The notes under the pieces were generated by a model, which saw only the letters and a program-made list of their open reading frames with translations, was not told where the DNA came from and made no database searches. This document shows positions 59,555 to 64,000 of a stretch of DNA of 64,000 nt, piece after piece. The number at the start of each line of letters is the position of its first letter. Within the stretch, counting starts at the first letter, position 1. A program made the translations under genes and the position numbers. Source of the DNA: Tubulanus polymorphus (taxonomy: Eukaryota; Animalia; Nemertea); NCBI RefSeq assembly GCF_964204645.1, contig NC_134026.1:6719950-6783949 (forward strand). The letters are read 5' to 3'.

Positions 59555-62516
59555 TAGGATAATCTATCTTATCTTATGATCTTATATAAGTTTATTGACT
59601 GTTCGACTGTTATTGATTGTAGTTCGATTTTTCAAATTCATATTGATAATAATACTTTTGATAATATTTTTATCGATTAAAAAATTATAATCAATTAATC
59701 ATAATTAATTAAAGAGTGAATGAAAAGAGAAATGAAAACGTTTACACACCATTGTCGGATAAACTGTTGCAACAGAGGGGCGACTTCTTGTGGACATACT
59801 AAACCAAGGCGACCGATTGTTATGGCTACGTTACCATGGTAACAAGACGAGACGGGGAGCAAATAATGGGAAGAAAAACAGAGAAAGACAACGAATCAAC
59901 ATAAACATGTACAGGCAATAAAAATAATCAATCAATAATCATCAATGAATATATTTATATATATATGAGTACAGTTCGTCGAAATGAGTCACGATCAATT
60001 AAAAAAAAAAAAACAACAACAACAACAATTAAACGCAACGTCACAAGTTCTAATAGTGTATATATGTCAGTCAGTGCGCGGGCTTTTATACCACTAACCT
60101 GCGACTGAGTACGAGCCTACTAACAGGAAGCCCTCATACCCAGACCAGTACAAACGTTACAAGCTTATTGACAGAGTACAAGCCCAATACGACAGGAAAG
60201 CCTCATACCCTGACCAGTGCAAGCCTACTGACGGGAAGCCCTCATACCCAGACCAGTACAAACGTTACAAGCTTGTTGACAGAGTACGAGCCCAATACGA
60301 CAGGAAAGCCTCATACCCTGACCAGTGCAAGCCTACTGACGGGAAGCCCTCGCACCCAGACCAGTACAAAGACCAGTACACACTTAACAAGCTCATCGAC
60401 AGAGTACAAGCCTTACGTAGCCTACTGACAAGATGCCTAGTGATACCATGACAGAGTACAAAGGCGCTCAAGGACAAAGCCAGCGACCTGACACAGATAA
60501 ACGAACCATGTTACATAGAACAACGGTACAGATAACTAGCCCAGTGTCAGAATAGCTTCAGTCGTATGAGTGTGATAGTACACTAGCCCGTGCTGTCACC
60601 TACGTTTCAACCGATGCATTGTTGTTTTTTTTTCTCTATTACTCATTGTGACGTGTTGAAAAAGTCATGAATTTGCTTTATTAAATCATGTTCTTTTTTT
60701 TTTGTGCTCATTGCAGAAAACATCAGAATTACGCAATTAATTCACCACCGTACCGTGGAAAACAGAGAGTAACGTCGGCCGGATATTGAGAGGTCCGAAA
60801 ACTTCGGTGAAGAATTGACGGTTTGACTGTAATCCACGGCCGTTGATTGAAAAAAGAACCTGACATTGACAATGGATATAAAGAATTTACCAAAATTCAC
60901 CAGAATTTATGCAAATGAAACTAAAAACGATCTCAGTCTTTCATTACGAGCCAGTTTTACGATAACACTGTTTAATATTCAACCACAGTTCATTCAATTT
61001 TCAATGGTTTTAACTCCACCGAGCCCGACTGGGCTACACTTAGATCCAAAAGTTTTATTTCATAAATCTTAAGACTAATCTCAAGCTGTTGGATCGACTA
61101 TAGAACCAATATGGTCCAAGACTGGTTTTAAGTATAAGCCACGACTACGGAACCACTATGGAACCCTTTAACACTGGTCTTAATCTGTTAGCATTGACTG
61201 TGAAACTAACCACAGATTCTGAGGTGTTTGACAGGGCCTAGACACAAAATGGATTCGGAACTGGTGTTCGTCAGGCTTTCAGGCGATGCAGCAAATGACT
61301 GTGTCTAGATAGAAACTCAATGGATCGAAACAGCTGAAAACTGTGAAATATTGAATATGAAGTGCTACCAAAACATTTAATACTAACACGTGCCTTCTCA
61401 CAGGTGTCAGTTATAGTTGATATAGTTCACACATGTAGTGACATATACATCGTGAAAATCAATGAATGAATGAATTGAACAGTTAACTAATCGAACAGCT
61501 GTATACACAGTCAAACTGAGCTGACACAATGAAAGACTGGAAACAATTGAGAACCAATATTGTGTGTTTTACTACAAATTACTGAAATCTGGCAAAAATT
61601 CACAGCAAATCCTACGAAAATGAGCTCGAAATCGTATATCTATATCGAAAAATCTGCCACAGGATCCCTACAGTTCAGTTATTCCTTGATACATATAAGT
61701 TTTCAAGTACCTTTAAAGGAGAAAATCAAAAATTTCGAAGAAACTGTATCACTTTCATAGGCCTACCGATTACAGTAGACTCACCCTAAATCTGTACTGT
61801 TCTCGGTCAACCATTTATTTGAAGGTTTTGTAATCTACACTAGCTAAACTTGGTGTCTAATTTGGTAACCTCTTAATTGGGTAAAATAAATCTACATCTA
61901 AAATATATCCATTTAGGTCTAATGTACAACTACAATCTAGACAAACATTTCTAATGGCCTATCACAGGATTCAAGGAGTTTTGGGCATTATTTTCAAATA
62001 AAGGAGTTTCAAGCACTTGAAAAGCATTTTCCATTTTGAAGTTTCAGTTTTTTAAGGAATCAAGGAGTCGTAGGGACCCTGTGCAAATTATCACAATTTT
62101 CATTGACGATGAAGCTAGGAGCCGCACCAGTTCTACAGTTGACCGTCAGGTCTGACATCGAGCGTTAAAATCTACTCATTTCCGATGGTTGACTCGAATC
62201 CAAACCCGGAAACAACTGTAGAACCGGATCGCCGAATTTCACCTCGAACAACGGCCAGCAACTGCAACCTGTATTCAAATCCTAGTCATAAAACAGCAAA
62301 CACATTCTTCTATAGACAACATGCCATCAGCCGTTTAAAAACCAAAAACTCAAAAATCAATCTTCGTATAATCGTGACGTTCAGAAAATGAAGTGCAAAG
62401 CGAACACGTATTTTCATAGAGAAAGAGAGAGACATGAGGGGGTTTTACTCCATATACCGGCGCATATCGTACGTATATATATATTTATATACCTATATAT
62501 ATATACCTATATGTAT

Positions 62517-62554
<38 letters not shown>

Positions 62555-63404
62555 TGTTATATATCTAACTTCTAATAAAATCTCCAATCAAGAAACGTAT
62601 GTACTAACCGTGACAAAACAATCAAATCAAAGAATGTGTTTACTGATAATAATCAATATCGAATCAGTGGTTGATGGAATAAAGTGTCGAAGTATCGTGT
62701 CATTGCTTTGATTTAGTCAGTTGCAACCATATGTTGTTGATTATGGAGCGCTCACATCGACGGATATGACCGTAACTGAGTACTATCAGTTACTCAAAAG
62801 TAGAACATGGGCAACTGGCTGGAACTGGAGATCGTCGTCGCTTACCACTCGTAAGCTAGTCTTATCGACACATTCAAGCAACTGATTGTATCCAGCCAGT
62901 TCCTCCAATACTGAAAACTGCCTTGCAACTTTAGTTGTCACCAGTTACTTCGTCGATGTACGCTAGGCTTAATTGAGTTACCCATCCCCCCCCCCCGAGT
63001 CAAATCATATCTGAGCTCAGTTGAACTGGGAACTCGATTTCACAATTACCAATAAACCGAGATTCAACATATTTCAGTTGTTTGAGCGAGAAATTATCTG
63101 GAATTCGCCCATCACAAAATCTCCCTAACAAAAGTGAATTTCAGGTAAAGCTTAAGTTCGACATTATTTCAACCACTGTTTCATCGGTGACAATAAATAA
63201 TCATCGACATAATAAACTACAATGCTGATTGCGTAAGAGTAGCGGCAGTGAAATACGCACCTGTATTTTCGAGTAACGTTTTCGGCGTGTTCGGTTTATT
63301 GATTATTTCTATAAGATGTCCGAGCACCATCGATACGTAGGGTTTCATCTCAGCGCTTGCTACGTTCGTCTCGCCGCTGTTCTGTTGAGATATGTCACTG
63401 ATTC
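57819..63404 (-). CDS. TNPO1: Transportin (karyopherin-beta2), last four coding exons; gene begins beyond the right edge
   Basis: Exons 63261-63404, 59750-59825, 58273-58447, 57819-57926 give [78 protein letters not shown]...[12 protein letters not shown]...[35 protein letters not shown], which is very close to the TNPO1/TNPO2 C-terminus. Confidence 0.96.
57996..58232. repeat. Degenerate short tandem repeat (cccaattgatggagcag units) in a transportin intron
   Basis: Many copies of ccaattgatggagca and ggaacaataagaa variants. Confidence 0.85.
58515..59027. mobile_element. pogo-like MITE hosting nested MITEs
   Basis: TA|CGGTGAAACCTCA ... GAGAGTTTCACTG|TA. Inside are acttacgacc...ggtcgtaagt (~58636-58786) and a GGCCC MITE (58848-58926). 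Confidence 0.6.
60104..60470. repeat. 108-bp tandem repeat (~3 copies) built from shorter subunits
   Basis: gcctact(a/g)ac recurs at 60115, 60223 and 60331 (period 108). Confidence 0.9.
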
Positions 63405-63611
63405 CTGCAAAAATATGCGAAACAAATAGTCTTCAATTTATGGCACTGCAGTTTTTACTCGATTCTCTTAAAACATCAACGTATATGAAATATGATGAAG
63501 GTGAATTTCTTAACTGTTTCATGAGCAGAAACACTGGGAGCCGATTCTTAAGTACTAAGTTAAAATTAGATTCAAATTAGAGTTAAAATTAGTCATTTTC
63601 AATGTTTTTAA

Positions 63612-63865
63612 CATCATCATCTGTCAGCTGCAGTGCAAGCGACCACATGTCTCCACCAGCTGTCCCGTTCTTGGGCCACTATCTCTTCTCGGCACCTCCG
63701 AGGAGACCCTGGGCGTAACCCAGAAGGCCCTACTCATTGTTTCCAACGAGATGGTACAAATAGGCAGAAGCGTCGTGCTGGTTCTTCTGGTATGCACAGG
63801 TGGCCTATGAAGGTTATCTGCTGTTTGGCGACATGCTCTATCAGAGGTCTCGAGCCAGTGTCTCT
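63612..63865 (-). mobile_element. 5'-truncated, decayed RTE-like LINE 3' end
   Basis: The minus strand encodes PLIEHVAKQQITFIGHL...EEPARRFCLFVP and, after disruption, AQERDSWWRHVVACTAADR*, directly followed by a (TGA)n tail. This C-terminus plus short-repeat tail is typical of RTE-clade elements. Confidence 0.7.
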
Positions 63866-64000
63866 TATAGATTGTAGCATTTGACACATGGTCACTCCTT
63901 TTATTTAATGCCAGCATGATGCAATAAAATGATGTTGCAAAGGCATTTTTCTGATCGGACCTTAAATGTTTTAACACTAAATGTCTTAACACTAAAGCCA

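Noticed and set aside
60168-60428. Repetitive Thr-rich + strand ORF
   Set aside because: It comes from the 108-bp repeat, is antisense to a transportin intron, and has a non-ATG start.
63624-63992. 122-aa and 83-aa ORFs as upstream transportin exons or a new gene
   Set aside because: No transportin similarity; they overlap a decayed RTE-like LINE tail.

Overview
AT-rich, intron-dense eukaryotic DNA from an animal, probably a marine invertebrate (the taxon cannot be fixed from the sequence). Six protein-coding genes can be rebuilt exon by exon with phase-consistent splice sites: the 5' part of EP400/domino (-, runs off the left edge), a complete LIM-domain kinase (LIMK, -, 14 exons, ~663 aa), SMIM14 (-, 99 aa), a complete TAF2 (+, 28 exons, ~1266 aa, with two U12-type minor introns), a two-exon orphan gene (+, ~406 aa), and the 3' part of transportin (TNPO1/2, -, runs off the right edge). 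Introns and UTRs are full of MITEs (piggyBac-, Harbinger- and pogo-like), Penelope-like hairpins with hammerhead-ribozyme-like cores, a 1.3-kb foldback element, an RTE LINE remnant and satellites. The most interesting signal is a cluster of apparent post-transcriptional controls on the transportin gene: a 222-nt AG-free zone with a distant branch point ~30 nt from an upstream donor (mutually exclusive exon geometry), several candidate cassette/poison exons, an intron just after the stop codon, and a long 3'UTR with a 7-tract G-quadruplex and two nested GC-rich structures. There are no prokaryotic features. All coordinates were read by eye and no searches were run.
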